NCBI GenBank assembly: GCA_049510745.1
Contig: JBEKYR010000009.1
Span: 32,001 to 96,000 of the forward strand
Direction: 5' to 3'
Source: Verrucomicrobiota bacterium
GTDB lineage: Bacteria; Verrucomicrobiota; Verrucomicrobiia; Limisphaerales; Palsa-1400
Length of the DNA stretch: 64,000 nucleotides
Below, one piece after another: positions 36,999 through 45,895 of this stretch. A program made the translations under genes and the position numbers. Position 1 is the stretch's first letter; the number at the start of each line of letters is the position of its first letter. The notes beneath the pieces were generated by a model. It was not told the DNA's origin. It did no database searches and saw nothing but the letters and a program-made list of their open reading frames with translations.

Positions 36999-38021
36999 AT
37001 GAGAAGCGTCCAATTCCTGACAAAACTTGCGGTCCTGGCGGCGATGGCGGTGGGGGGCGCGGGAGAGGTTTCCGCGCAATTGCTCATCAACGGCGCGGGC
37101 GCCACCTTTCCCTATCCCATCTATTCCAAGTGGTTTTACGAATACAGCAAGGTCGATCCGACCGTTCACTTCAATTACCAATCCATCGGCTCGGGCGGCG
37201 GACAGAGACAGATTCTGGAAGGGACGGTCGATTTTGGCGCGTCCGACGGCCCGATGAGCGACGAAAACCTGGCCAAGGCGCGGTCCAAAATCCTGCACAT
37301 CCCGACGGTGGCGGGGGCCGATGTGGTCACATATAATTTGCCGGGCAACCCCCGGCTCAACCTGGACGGCCCGGCCATCGCCGGCATCTTCCTGGGGAAG
37401 ATCACCAAGTGGAACGATCCGCGCCTGGCCGCGCAGAATCCCGGGGTGACTCTGCCCGATTCGGACATTGAAGTGGTGCATCGTTCCGACGGGAGCGGGA
37501 CGACTTACATTTTCGCCGATTACCTCAGCAGCGTCAGCCCGGAGTGGGAAACGAAGGTCGGGCGCGGCACGTCGGTCAATTGGCCGACGGGCCTTGGGGC
37601 CAAGGGCAACGAGGGAGTCACCGGGCAGGTCAAACAGATGCCGCTCTCCATCGGCTACGTGGAGCTGGTGTATGCCATTCAAAACAAGCTGCCCTACGCC
37701 AGCGTCAAGAATGCGGCGGGAAATTACATCGGGCCTTCCATCGACTCGGTCTCGGCGGCGCTGGCCGCGGCGAAGATTCCGGCCGATTTCCGCTTTTCCA
37801 TGGTCAATCCCTCCGGCGAGAGGGCCTACCCGATCGCCGGGGCGACCTGGCTTTTGGTGTACCAGCAGCAGCACGACCCGCAGAAAGGCAGGAAAATGGT
37901 CGAGTTTCTCAAGTGGGCGATGAAAGAGGGAGAGCGGATGGCGCCTCCGCTCAATTACGCCCCGCTGCCCGCCAGCCTGGTGGAGCGGGTGCTGGCGGAA
38001 ATTGGCGAAATCAAATACTGA
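36999..38021 (+). CDS. pstS: Phosphate ABC transporter substrate-binding protein
   Basis: GAGATFPYP, YQSIGSGGG, DFGASD, RSDGSGTT, GAKGNEGV. Confidence 0.95.
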   Translation: MRSVQFLTKLAVLAAMAVGGAGEVSAQLLINGAGATFPYPIYSKWFYEYSKVDPTVHFNYQSIGSGGGQRQILEGTVDFGASDGPMSDENLAKARSKILHIPTVAGADVVTYNLPGNPRLNLDGPAIAGIFLGKITKWNDPRLAAQNPGVTLPDSDIEVVHRSDGSGTTYIFADYLSSVSPEWETKVGRGTSVNWPTGLGAKGNEGVTGQVKQMPLSIGYVELVYAIQNKLPYASVKNAAGNYIGPSIDSVSAALAAAKIPADFRFSMVNPSGERAYPIAGATWLLVYQQQHDPQKGRKMVEFLKWAMKEGERMAPPLNYAPLPASLVERVLAEIGEIKY

Positions 38022-38095
38022 TTTCGATTGCCTGGATTGCAGGAGGCGCCCGGCCCGGGCGGGCAGGACGCCGCAACTTGTTTTATGCTTTGTCT

Positions 38096-39067
38096 ATGAA
38101 CGCCGCCGCCGCGCGCCAAACCAGTTCCGGGCGGAGAATTCTCCTCTCTCCTCCCTCCAAAACCGGCGACGCTGCCTTCAAGCTCCTGACCTGGTCGATG
38201 GCGATGGTCGTGTTTGCGCTGATTGTCATCCTCGGCGTGGAGTTGTGTTACGGAGCGCGCCTGTCGCTCAAGCTTTCCGGCTGGCGCTTCCTGGTGCGAT
38301 CGGGTTGGGACCCGGTGACCAACGACTTCGGCGCCCTGCCGTGCATCGCCGGCACCTTCGTGTCCTCGCTGCTGGGATTGGCCCTCGCGCTGCCCTTGAG
38401 CCTGGCCGCGGCAATCTACTTGACGGAACTGGCGCCGGGCTGGCTGCGGCAGCCGGTCATCTCTTTGGTTGAAATGCTGGCGGCCATTCCCAGCGTCATC
38501 CTGGGCCTTTGGGGAATGTACGTGATGGTTCCCTGGCTGCGCGACGGGCTGTATCCCGTCTTGAAAAAGCTCTTCGGCTTCCTGCCGTGCTTTCAGGGGC
38601 CGATTGGCGGGGGGTTTTGCGTTCTTTCCGCCGCCATCATTCTCGCCATTATGATCGTGCCCATCATCACCTCCATCTCGCGCGAGGTCTTTCGCGCCGT
38701 CCCGGACACGCAGCGGGAGGCCGCCTTTGCCCTGGGGGCAACGCGCTGGGAGGTGACGCGCCTGGCCGTGCTGAACGGTTCGACCCGCGGCATCTTCGGG
38801 GCCGCCATGCTCGGACTGGGACGGGCTTTGGGCGAAACGATGGCCGTGACCATGGTCATCGGAAACCGGCACGGATTTTCCCCCTCGCTCTTCGCTCCAG
38901 GCTCCACTCTGGCCAGCGCCATCGCCAACGAATTTGCCGAGGCCACGACCGACCTGTTTTCGAGCGCCTTGTTTGAATTCGGCCTGGTGCTGCTGCTGGT
39001 GACGATTGTCACCAACATCCTGGCCCGCCTGTTATTGCGGGCGGTGGGCGGCCCCCAACACGCTTAA
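38096..39067 (+). CDS. pstC: Phosphate ABC transporter permease
   Basis: EMLAAIPSVILGLWG, REAAFALGATRWE, LGLGRALGETMAV, IANEFAEA; start MNAAAAR. Confidence 0.93.
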   Translation: MNAAAARQTSSGRRILLSPPSKTGDAAFKLLTWSMAMVVFALIVILGVELCYGARLSLKLSGWRFLVRSGWDPVTNDFGALPCIAGTFVSSLLGLALALPLSLAAAIYLTELAPGWLRQPVISLVEMLAAIPSVILGLWGMYVMVPWLRDGLYPVLKKLFGFLPCFQGPIGGGFCVLSAAIILAIMIVPIITSISREVFRAVPDTQREAAFALGATRWEVTRLAVLNGSTRGIFGAAMLGLGRALGETMAVTMVIGNRHGFSPSLFAPGSTLASAIANEFAEATTDLFSSALFEFGLVLLLVTIVTNILARLLLRAVGGPQHA

Positions 39068-39073
39068 CCCCCC

Positions 39074-39928
39074 ATGAACCCTCTCTATCATCGGTGGAGG
39101 AAAGCGAAGAGTTCGATGGTCTCGGCGCTTTGTTTTGCGTGCGCGCTGATGGTGATCCTGCCGCTGGCGCTGGTGCTCTTTCACCTGGTGCGCATGGGGG
39201 CCAGTTCGGTCGATTGGGCGTTTCTGACGCAGCTCCCAAAACCGGCCGGCGAAGCGGGCGGCGGCATGGCCAACGCCATCGTCGGCAGTTTGATTCTCAT
39301 CGGTCTGGCTGCGCTGATCGGTGTTCCCATCGGTGTCCTGGGGGGCGTCTATCTCTCCGAATACGCCTCGGACCGCTTGAGCTGGAGCGTCCGATTCGCC
39401 GCGGATATTTTGAACGGCACCCCGTCGATTGTCTGGGGGATGGTCGTTTATGCGCTGGTGGTCATGCCGATGAAGGGAGCGTCGGCTTACGCCGGCGGGC
39501 TGGCGCTGGGATTCATCATGATCCCGCTGGTCATCCGCACGACGGAAGAGATGCTCAATTTGGTGCCCAATACTTACCGCGAAGCCGCCCTGGCCCTGGG
39601 CATCCCCAAGTGGAAAAGCGTGGTGTTCATCGTCCTCAAGACCGCCGGCAAAGGCATCATCACCGGCGTGCTGCTGGCCTGCTCGCGCGTCGCCGGCGAG
39701 ACCGCGCCGCTGCTCTTCACCGCTTCGGGCAACCAATTCTGGAGCCGCAATCTTTCCGAACCGACCGCCTCGTTGCCCCGGCAGATTTACGACTACTCCA
39801 TCGGCCCTTACGACGACTGGCACCGGCAGGCCTGGGCCGGCGCTTTGATTTTGATTCTGGTCGCCCTTGCCATTAACGTTGGGGTGCGGATACTGACGCG
39901 GGGAAGCAGTCCGAGGCTGGTCAAATGA
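39074..39928 (+). CDS. pstA: Phosphate ABC transporter permease
   Basis: [40 protein letters not shown]. Confidence 0.93.
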   Translation: MNPLYHRWRKAKSSMVSALCFACALMVILPLALVLFHLVRMGASSVDWAFLTQLPKPAGEAGGGMANAIVGSLILIGLAALIGVPIGVLGGVYLSEYASDRLSWSVRFAADILNGTPSIVWGMVVYALVVMPMKGASAYAGGLALGFIMIPLVIRTTEEMLNLVPNTYREAALALGIPKWKSVVFIVLKTAGKGIITGVLLACSRVAGETAPLLFTASGNQFWSRNLSEPTASLPRQIYDYSIGPYDDWHRQAWAGALILILVALAINVGVRILTRGSSPRLVK

Positions 39929-39938
39929 GCCAGATGCC

Positions 39939-40781
39939 ATGACAAATGAGAGCCAATTTTCTGTGAAAGCCGAGCCACCACCGCCGGCTCTTGGCCCGCC
40001 CCCAAAGCGCGCCCCGGCCCCGCCCGGCGTCACCTTTGACGTGCAGGGTTTGAAGGTTTGGTTCGCCGCCCACCAGGTGCTCTTTGACGTTTCCCTCCAG
40101 ATTCCGCCCAAGGCCGTCACGGCGATCATCGGCCCCAGCGGCTGCGGCAAATCCACCTTCCTCCGCAGCTTGAATCGCATGCACGACCTGGCGCCGGGCG
40201 CCCGCGTCGAAGGGCGGATCACGTTGTTCGGCGAAGACCTTTACGCCCGGCAAGTCGATCCCACGCTGGTCCGCCGGCGCGTCGGCATGGTCTTCCAAAA
40301 ATCCAATCCCTTTCCGACCATGTCCATTGCCGACAACGTCATTGTCGGCCTCAAGCTCAACGGCGTCCGGCAGAAATCGCTTTTGCGGGAGCGGCTGGAA
40401 CAGACCTTGCGCATGGCGGCGCTGTGGGACGAAGTCAAAGACCGCCTGCACGCCCACGCCTTGAGCCTCTCCGGCGGACAGCAGCAACGGTTGTGCATCG
40501 CCCGCGCCCTGGCCATCGAACCGGAAGTGTTGCTGATGGATGAACCGGCCTCCGCCCTTGACCCGCTGGCCACCGCCAAGATCGAGGAACTCATCCTCGA
40601 ATTGCGCAAGCAGTTTACCATCGTCATCGTCACCCACAACATGCAACAGGCCTCGCGCGTCTCCGATTTCACCGCCTTTTTTTACCTGGGCAGGCTCGTC
40701 GAGGTCGATCAGACCAAGAAACTCTTCACCAACCCGAAGGACAAACAAACGGAGGATTACGTCACTGGCCGGTTTGGCTGA
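39939..40781 (+). CDS. pstB: Phosphate ABC transporter ATPase
   Basis: [45 protein letters not shown]. Confidence 0.95.
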   Translation: MTNESQFSVKAEPPPPALGPPPKRAPAPPGVTFDVQGLKVWFAAHQVLFDVSLQIPPKAVTAIIGPSGCGKSTFLRSLNRMHDLAPGARVEGRITLFGEDLYARQVDPTLVRRRVGMVFQKSNPFPTMSIADNVIVGLKLNGVRQKSLLRERLEQTLRMAALWDEVKDRLHAHALSLSGGQQQRLCIARALAIEPEVLLMDEPASALDPLATAKIEELILELRKQFTIVIVTHNMQQASRVSDFTAFFYLGRLVEVDQTKKLFTNPKDKQTEDYVTGRFG

Positions 40782-40800
40782 AAGAGCGTAAGGTTGTGGT

Positions 40801-41460
40801 ATGCAAAAGTATTTTGACGACGAACTGGCCGCGTTCAAGGAGAAGCTCCTCACGATGGGCAGCTACGCCGAGAGCGCCGTCAGCCAGGCCGTCCAGGCCC
40901 TGACCGACCGCAACGACAAGCTGGCCCGCCAGGTGCAGGAAAACGACGACATCATGGACCAGTTCGAAATGGAAATCGACGACATGGCCATCAGCCTCCT
41001 GTCCAAGGCGCCGCTGGCCTCGGATCTGCGCCTGATCACCGTCGCCATGAAGATTTCGCAAAACCTGGAACGGGTCGGCGACGAGGCGACCACCATCTCC
41101 CGGCGCGCCATCGAATTGAACCAGGAACCGCAGCTCAAAGCCTACATCGACATCCCGCGCATGGCCGCCATGGCCCTGGGCCTGCTCAAGGAATCCCTCG
41201 ACGCCTTTGTCAACAAACAGGCTGAAAAGGCGCGCGCGGTCGTCCCGCGGGACAAAGAGGTCGATGGCTTGAACCGGCAGTTCTACCGCGAATTGTCCGG
41301 CTACATGGTCGAAAATCCCGCCACCATCGGCCGCTGCCTGAATTTGATGACCATTTCCAAGAGCCTGGAGCGCGTCGCCGACCACGCCGCCAACATCGCG
41401 GAGGAAGTGGTCTATTTGTGCGAAGCCCGCGATATCCGCCACGAGGCCCACAAGTTATGA
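40801..41460 (+). CDS. phoU: Phosphate signalling protein PhoU
   Basis: PLASDLR, LERVGD, LERVADHAANIAE. Confidence 0.95.
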   Translation: MQKYFDDELAAFKEKLLTMGSYAESAVSQAVQALTDRNDKLARQVQENDDIMDQFEMEIDDMAISLLSKAPLASDLRLITVAMKISQNLERVGDEATTISRRAIELNQEPQLKAYIDIPRMAAMALGLLKESLDAFVNKQAEKARAVVPRDKEVDGLNRQFYRELSGYMVENPATIGRCLNLMTISKSLERVADHAANIAEEVVYLCEARDIRHEAHKL

Positions 41461-41969
41461 ACCTCTTCTTCCTGCGACACGGCAAGGCCTTCCCGCGCGG
41501 CCCGAAGTGGCGGCCGGACAGCAAGCGGCCGCTGACGCGCGAGGGCGAGGAAAAGATGAAGGAGGCGGCCCGCGGCATGGCGGCGCTGGAGGTGTCCTTC
41601 GACTTGATCCTGGCCAGCCCCTACGCGCGCGCGCTGCGCACGGCGGAGATCGTGGCGGAGGTCTATGGCGCCAAAAAGCTTTTTGAAACCAGCCGCCTGG
41701 TCCCGGAAGCCCGCCCGCAAGATATTATTGACGAAATCAACGGGAATTTCGCCGCCTTCGATCAGATCGTGCTGGTCGGCCACGAGCCGTTCCTGAGCGG
41801 CCTGATCTCGACGCTCCTTTCGGGCGGCGGGGCCGTGTCCATCGACCTGAAAAAAGGCGCCTTGTGCAAGCTGTCGATTGAAAAACTGGTCTTCGGAAAA
41901 TGCGCCCGTCTGGACTGGTTGCTGACCGCGTCCCAGTTGGCCCGCGCGGGCAAATCGGGCGGGGACTGA
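41457..41969 (+). CDS. sixA: Phosphohistidine phosphatase SixA
   Basis: LRHGKA, RPLT..G, SPYARALRTA, LVGHEP; ATGA overlap with phoU. Confidence 0.88.
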   Translation: MNLFFLRHGKAFPRGPKWRPDSKRPLTREGEEKMKEAARGMAALEVSFDLILASPYARALRTAEIVAEVYGAKKLFETSRLVPEARPQDIIDEINGNFAAFDQIVLVGHEPFLSGLISTLLSGGGAVSIDLKKGALCKLSIEKLVFGKCARLDWLLTASQLARAGKSGGD

Positions 41970-41977
41970 AACACCTC

Positions 41978-43078
41978 TCAACGGGTTTTCAAATTCGCCC
42001 GCAAAGCTTCATGCCGGCGCGCCAACGGCATCTTGGACAAATCCCGCGCCGCCCCGTAAAATTTCTCCATGTCTCCCCCCTGGGCGCGCAAGAGGGCCTC
42101 GAAGGCCGGCGCCAGATCGTGGTAAGCCGAGATGGTGTTGAGCTTGGCGTTGTTGATCGGTTCGGCGAACCAGGCGTCGTAACCGGACTGGCTCACGCCC
42201 CAGCGCCCTTTGAGCTTCGCATAATTGGCGCGCAGTTCCCGGATGATTTCCGCCTTGCGTTGGAGCTTCACCGCGTCGGGCGCGCGCGGGTCCGCATAGA
42301 CGGCCTGCAATTCCTGGCGCGCCGCCATGACCAATTCCACAAAGTCGTTCTCGTGCCCGGCGCTTCTGCGATACTCCTCATACGCCTTGGTGTTTTGCGA
42401 CGACTCAAACCAGCGGCGCACCCCCGCCGCGGCCACGGTCATGGCGAAGGCTTCGTTGAAATCGGTGTCCCCGGCGACAAACAGGCGCTGGTGGCCGAGT
42501 TCGTGAAAAATCAGGTCGGCCAGGTCCGCCTCGGAGTCAAAAATGAACGTGTTCAGAAGCGGATCGTGGAACCATCCCAGCGTCGAGTAGGCTTCGACGC
42601 CGCCGACATACACGTCCCAGCCCTTCTGTTCCCATCCGCGGGCGTAGCGGCGGGCGGCCTCCTCGCTGAAGTAGCCGCGATAGCTGGCGGAGCCGGCCAC
42701 CGGGAACCACCAGGTCTTCGGCTCCAGCGACAGGGGCGGCGCGACGTTGACATTCCAAACGACGTAAGGACGGTGGAGATCGGCGTATTTGAGATAGTTC
42801 TCGTCGGCTGGCAGCTTCAGTTCCCGCGCGGCGAACTCGCGGAGTTTCAACACTTGTTCGAGTTGCGCCTTCAGCCCGGGAGCCGTGGCGGGATCGGCGA
42901 TGAGTTGGCGGACGGGCGTTTGCCGCGCCAGGATTTCGTATTGACCGGCAATGGCCTGCTTGTAGAAACTGATCGCCTGGCAGCCCGAAAGCGCCACCAG
43001 CATCAGCAGGCAGACGGCGGCCAGGACCAGCGACCGCGCGCGAACACGCTTGAGCTTTAATGACGAATGACTAAGCAC
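41978..43078 (-). CDS. Putative zinc aminopeptidase (DUF2265-like), lipoprotein
   Basis: LSGC lipobox; YRGYF, AYSTLGWFHDPLL, IFHELGHQ, DTDFNEAFA; true start probably downstream of 43078. Confidence 0.85.
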   Translation of the reverse strand: MLSHSSLKLKRVRARSLVLAAVCLLMLVALSGCQAISFYKQAIAGQYEILARQTPVRQLIADPATAPGLKAQLEQVLKLREFAARELKLPADENYLKYADLHRPYVVWNVNVAPPLSLEPKTWWFPVAGSASYRGYFSEEAARRYARGWEQKGWDVYVGGVEAYSTLGWFHDPLLNTFIFDSEADLADLIFHELGHQRLFVAGDTDFNEAFAMTVAAAGVRRWFESSQNTKAYEEYRRSAGHENDFVELVMAARQELQAVYADPRAPDAVKLQRKAEIIRELRANYAKLKGRWGVSQSGYDAWFAEPINNAKLNTISAYHDLAPAFEALLRAQGGDMEKFYGAARDLSKMPLARRHEALRANLKTR

Positions 43079-43116
43079 GAATGACGAAAGAATGTCTAAA
43101 TGACGAATGACGAAAT
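43059..43116 (+). repeat. AATGACG heptamer array (left arm)
   Basis: AATGACG AATGACT AAGCACG AATGACG ... AATGACG AATGACG AAAT. Confidence 0.85.
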
Positions 43117-43151
43117 TTCTGAGTTCGGATGGTTGTGTTCGTTGGACGTCT

Positions 43152-43547
43152 TCATGGCTTTCGGAGGATGGCGGCGAAGATCAGGTGCAGTTCCTTCGCT
43201 TCGCGCCATAATGTCTTGGCTTCCTCTCTGGTGTTTGGATTGGCGGCGACGGCCATTCTCAGCCAGTATTTTGTTTCGCGCGCTTCCTTTTTGCACGTGC
43301 CGATTTTGAGGCGGAATTCCTTCCTGGAAACGGCGTCGTCGGCTTCGCAGTAATTGGCTCCAACGCTCGTCCCAGAACGCACGATTTGTGAAACGATCGG
43401 ACTTGTCACGGCGTTTGCCGGCAGTTTTTTTGCAAACGCGATGATGGCCTCGCCAAAACACGCCGTCCGTTCTTCGAGGTCATACTTCGGTTTCGCCGGC
43501 GTCGTAACGCCGTTTAGGATTTCGTCATTCGTCATTCTTTTCGTCAT
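43152..43547 (-). CDS. Four-helix-bundle protein (TIGR02436 / 23S rRNA IVP-like)
   Basis: DLEERT..F, QIVRSGTSVGANYCEA, SRKEF..K...KKEARETKYWL, EAKELHLIF. Confidence 0.9.
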   Translation of the reverse strand: MTKRMTNDEILNGVTTPAKPKYDLEERTACFGEAIIAFAKKLPANAVTSPIVSQIVRSGTSVGANYCEADDAVSRKEFRLKIGTCKKEARETKYWLRMAVAANPNTREEAKTLWREAKELHLIFAAILRKP

Positions 43548-43570
43548 TAGGATTTAGACATTAGACATTC
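43519..43570 (-). repeat. AATGACG heptamer array (right arm, inverted)
   Basis: ATTT CGTCATT CGTCATT ... CGTCATT AGGATTT AGACATT AGACATT. Confidence 0.85.
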
Positions 43571-43608
43571 TCCCTCCTAATAGTCTTGCGCACTCGGCCC
43601 CGCCCCCG

Positions 43609-45417
43609 TCATCCTCTCCGCATCTCCCTGGCCCAGGTGTCCCGCAGTGTGATGGTGCGATTGAAAACCGGCTTTTGCGGCGCGGCGTCGGGATCAAGCG
43701 CGAAGTAGGCCAGGCGCTCGAACTGATAGCGCTGCTCCGGCTTCGCGTCCCGCAAGGACGGCTCGCACTTGGCGGTGAGAATCTCCAGGGAATTCCCGTT
43801 CAGATGCCGCTTGAAGTCCCCGGCCGCATCCGGCTCGGCCACGTTGAACAGGCGGTCATACAATCTGATCTCGGCGTCGATGGCGTGCGCGGCGCTGACC
43901 CAGTGAATGGTCCCCTTGATCTTGCGCCCCGCCGTCGCGCCGCCCGTTTTGCTCTCCAGGTCCGCCGTGCAGCGCAATTCGATGACGTTGCCGGCGGCGT
44001 CCTTGACCACTTCATCGCACTTGATGATGTAGGCGTATTTGAGCCGCACCTCGCCGCCGGGGCGGAGGCGGAAATACTTCGGCGGCGGAGTCTCCATGAA
44101 ATCGTCCCGCTCGATGTAGAGCGCGCGCCCGAAGGGAATGCGGCGGGCGCCCGCCGCCGGGTCTTCGGGATTGTTGAGAGCTTCGAGTTCCTCGGTTTTG
44201 TCTTCGGGATAGTTGGTGAGCACGACTTTGACCGGGCGCAGCACCGCCAGGCGCCGCCAGGCCCGCTTGTTCAAATCGTCGCGCACCGCGTGGTCCAGCA
44301 CCGCCATGTCGGTCACGCCGTTGTATTTGGTGATGCCGATGTGGTAGGCGAACTGGCGCAGGGCCTCGGGGGTGACGCCGCGCCGGCGCAGGCCGCAAAT
44401 CGTCGGCATGCGCGGGTCGTCCCAGCCGCTCACCACCTTGTCGTTGACCAGTTGGAGCAGCTTGCGCTTGCTCATGACGGTGTAGCCCAGGCTGAGGCGG
44501 GCAAATTCGTATTGATGGGGCAGCGGACGCGGCAAGCCGAGGTTCTCCAAAATCCAATCGTAGAGCGGCCGATGGACCTCGAATTCGAGCGTGCAGATGC
44601 TGTGGGTGATGCCCTCCAAGTAATCGCTCAGGCAATGCGCGAAATCGTACATCGGATAAATGCGCCATTTGCCGCCGGTGTGATGGTGCTCGGCGTGGCG
44701 GATGCGATAGAGCACCGGATCGCGCATCCAGACGTTGGGCGAGCTCATGTCGATCTTCGCCCGCAAGGTGCGCGCGCCGTCGGGAAATTCGCCCGCCTTC
44801 ATCCGTTGGAAAAGATCGAGCGATTCCCCGGCGCTGCGATTGCGCCACGGACTCTCCTTCCCGGCGCGGTCCGGCGCGCCCCGAAACGAGTCGGTGTCTT
44901 CCGGGGAAAGATCGCAGACATAGGCCTTGCCTTGTTTAATCAAGGCGAGGGCGTATTGGTAGATTTCATCGAAATAGTCCGAGGCGTAAAACGGCTCCAA
45001 CTTCGCGCCGCCGCTTTGGCCCACCACCGGCGGCAGGTAAAAATCCTTCCGGCCGTTGCAATCGATCGCTTTTGGAGTGGCGCCCGCCGGCTTCATCCCC
45101 AGGCAATCCTCCGCCCAGCCGCCGATGAGCCAGTTGACATCCGCAATGATGGAATCGACGTACTCGACGTCCTCCTTGGTCGGATTGGTGTCGTCCATGC
45201 GCAGGTTGCAGACGCCGCCGAATTCGCGGGCAATGCCGAAGTTCAGGCAAATCGACTTGGCATGGCCGATGTGCAAATAGCCGTTTGGCTCCGGCGGAAA
45301 GCGCGTCTGGATTCTCGGATAGCGGCCTTCCGCAACGTGCGCCGCCACGATGTCGCGGATGAAATCGGACGGCGCGGGAGCGGCCGCGGGATTGGGGTCT
45401 GCGGTTGGAGTCGTCAT
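43609..45417 (-). CDS. glnS: Glutamine--tRNA ligase
   Basis: [59 protein letters not shown]; start MTTPTAD. Confidence 0.95.
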   Translation of the reverse strand: MTTPTADPNPAAAPAPSDFIRDIVAAHVAEGRYPRIQTRFPPEPNGYLHIGHAKSICLNFGIAREFGGVCNLRMDDTNPTKEDVEYVDSIIADVNWLIGGWAEDCLGMKPAGATPKAIDCNGRKDFYLPPVVGQSGGAKLEPFYASDYFDEIYQYALALIKQGKAYVCDLSPEDTDSFRGAPDRAGKESPWRNRSAGESLDLFQRMKAGEFPDGARTLRAKIDMSSPNVWMRDPVLYRIRHAEHHHTGGKWRIYPMYDFAHCLSDYLEGITHSICTLEFEVHRPLYDWILENLGLPRPLPHQYEFARLSLGYTVMSKRKLLQLVNDKVVSGWDDPRMPTICGLRRRGVTPEALRQFAYHIGITKYNGVTDMAVLDHAVRDDLNKRAWRRLAVLRPVKVVLTNYPEDKTEELEALNNPEDPAAGARRIPFGRALYIERDDFMETPPPKYFRLRPGGEVRLKYAYIIKCDEVVKDAAGNVIELRCTADLESKTGGATAGRKIKGTIHWVSAAHAIDAEIRLYDRLFNVAEPDAAGDFKRHLNGNSLEILTAKCEPSLRDAKPEQRYQFERLAYFALDPDAAPQKPVFNRTITLRDTWAREMRRG

Positions 45418-45592
45418 TGAACAATGCTCATCGTCCAAACGAGAGTACCCGCCCGCCAGGCCCGTGGCAAGCCCAAGGCTCAAGCCGCGGTGTGGCGGCG
45501 CGCATCTCAGTTTTTGGCAGGGATCGGACAGGGTCGCAGGAGGTCCAAAAACCGAGATACGCCCGTCGGCCCGCCCGGATTCCAGATTTTTC

Positions 45593-45741
45593 TCGACAGA
45601 GGGGAAATTTGAAGTTAGACTCCCCGCATTGCGGCTTTCAATGCGGGGAGTCTCAACTCTGAATTCGCCAAAATCCATGACGATGCCCTCGCTTTGTTCA
45701 TCAAATGGTGCCTGTCGCCGCAGCCTGATTTCTGCCGGTGA
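45593..45741 (+). other. Conserved intergenic element, copy B
   Basis: TCGACA-N17-TAGACT overlapping AGACTC-CCCGCATTGCGGCTTTCAATGCGGG-GAGTCT; tail homologous to copy A. Confidence 0.75.
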
Positions 45742-45895
45742 GATGCCGGCGGAAGGGACGGATCCCGCCTGCGCGCTGCGGCGGCGTCCCGGCTTGGGGA
45801 TTGTCCAAAAACTGAGATGCGCCCGGTGTGGCGGAAGCCGCGGAAGAGAGTTGATGGGCCACTGTGCTCAAGCGCGGAAAACGCCGGGGGGCGTC

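Noticed and set aside
43152..43547. Diversity-generating retroelement (Avd) or rRNA intervening sequence
   Set aside because: No reverse transcriptase, TR/VR pair or rRNA in the window
45418..45678. N-terminal extension of GlnRS in the ORF track
   Set aside because: Low-information sequence running through the promoter region and the palindromic element; homology begins near 45417
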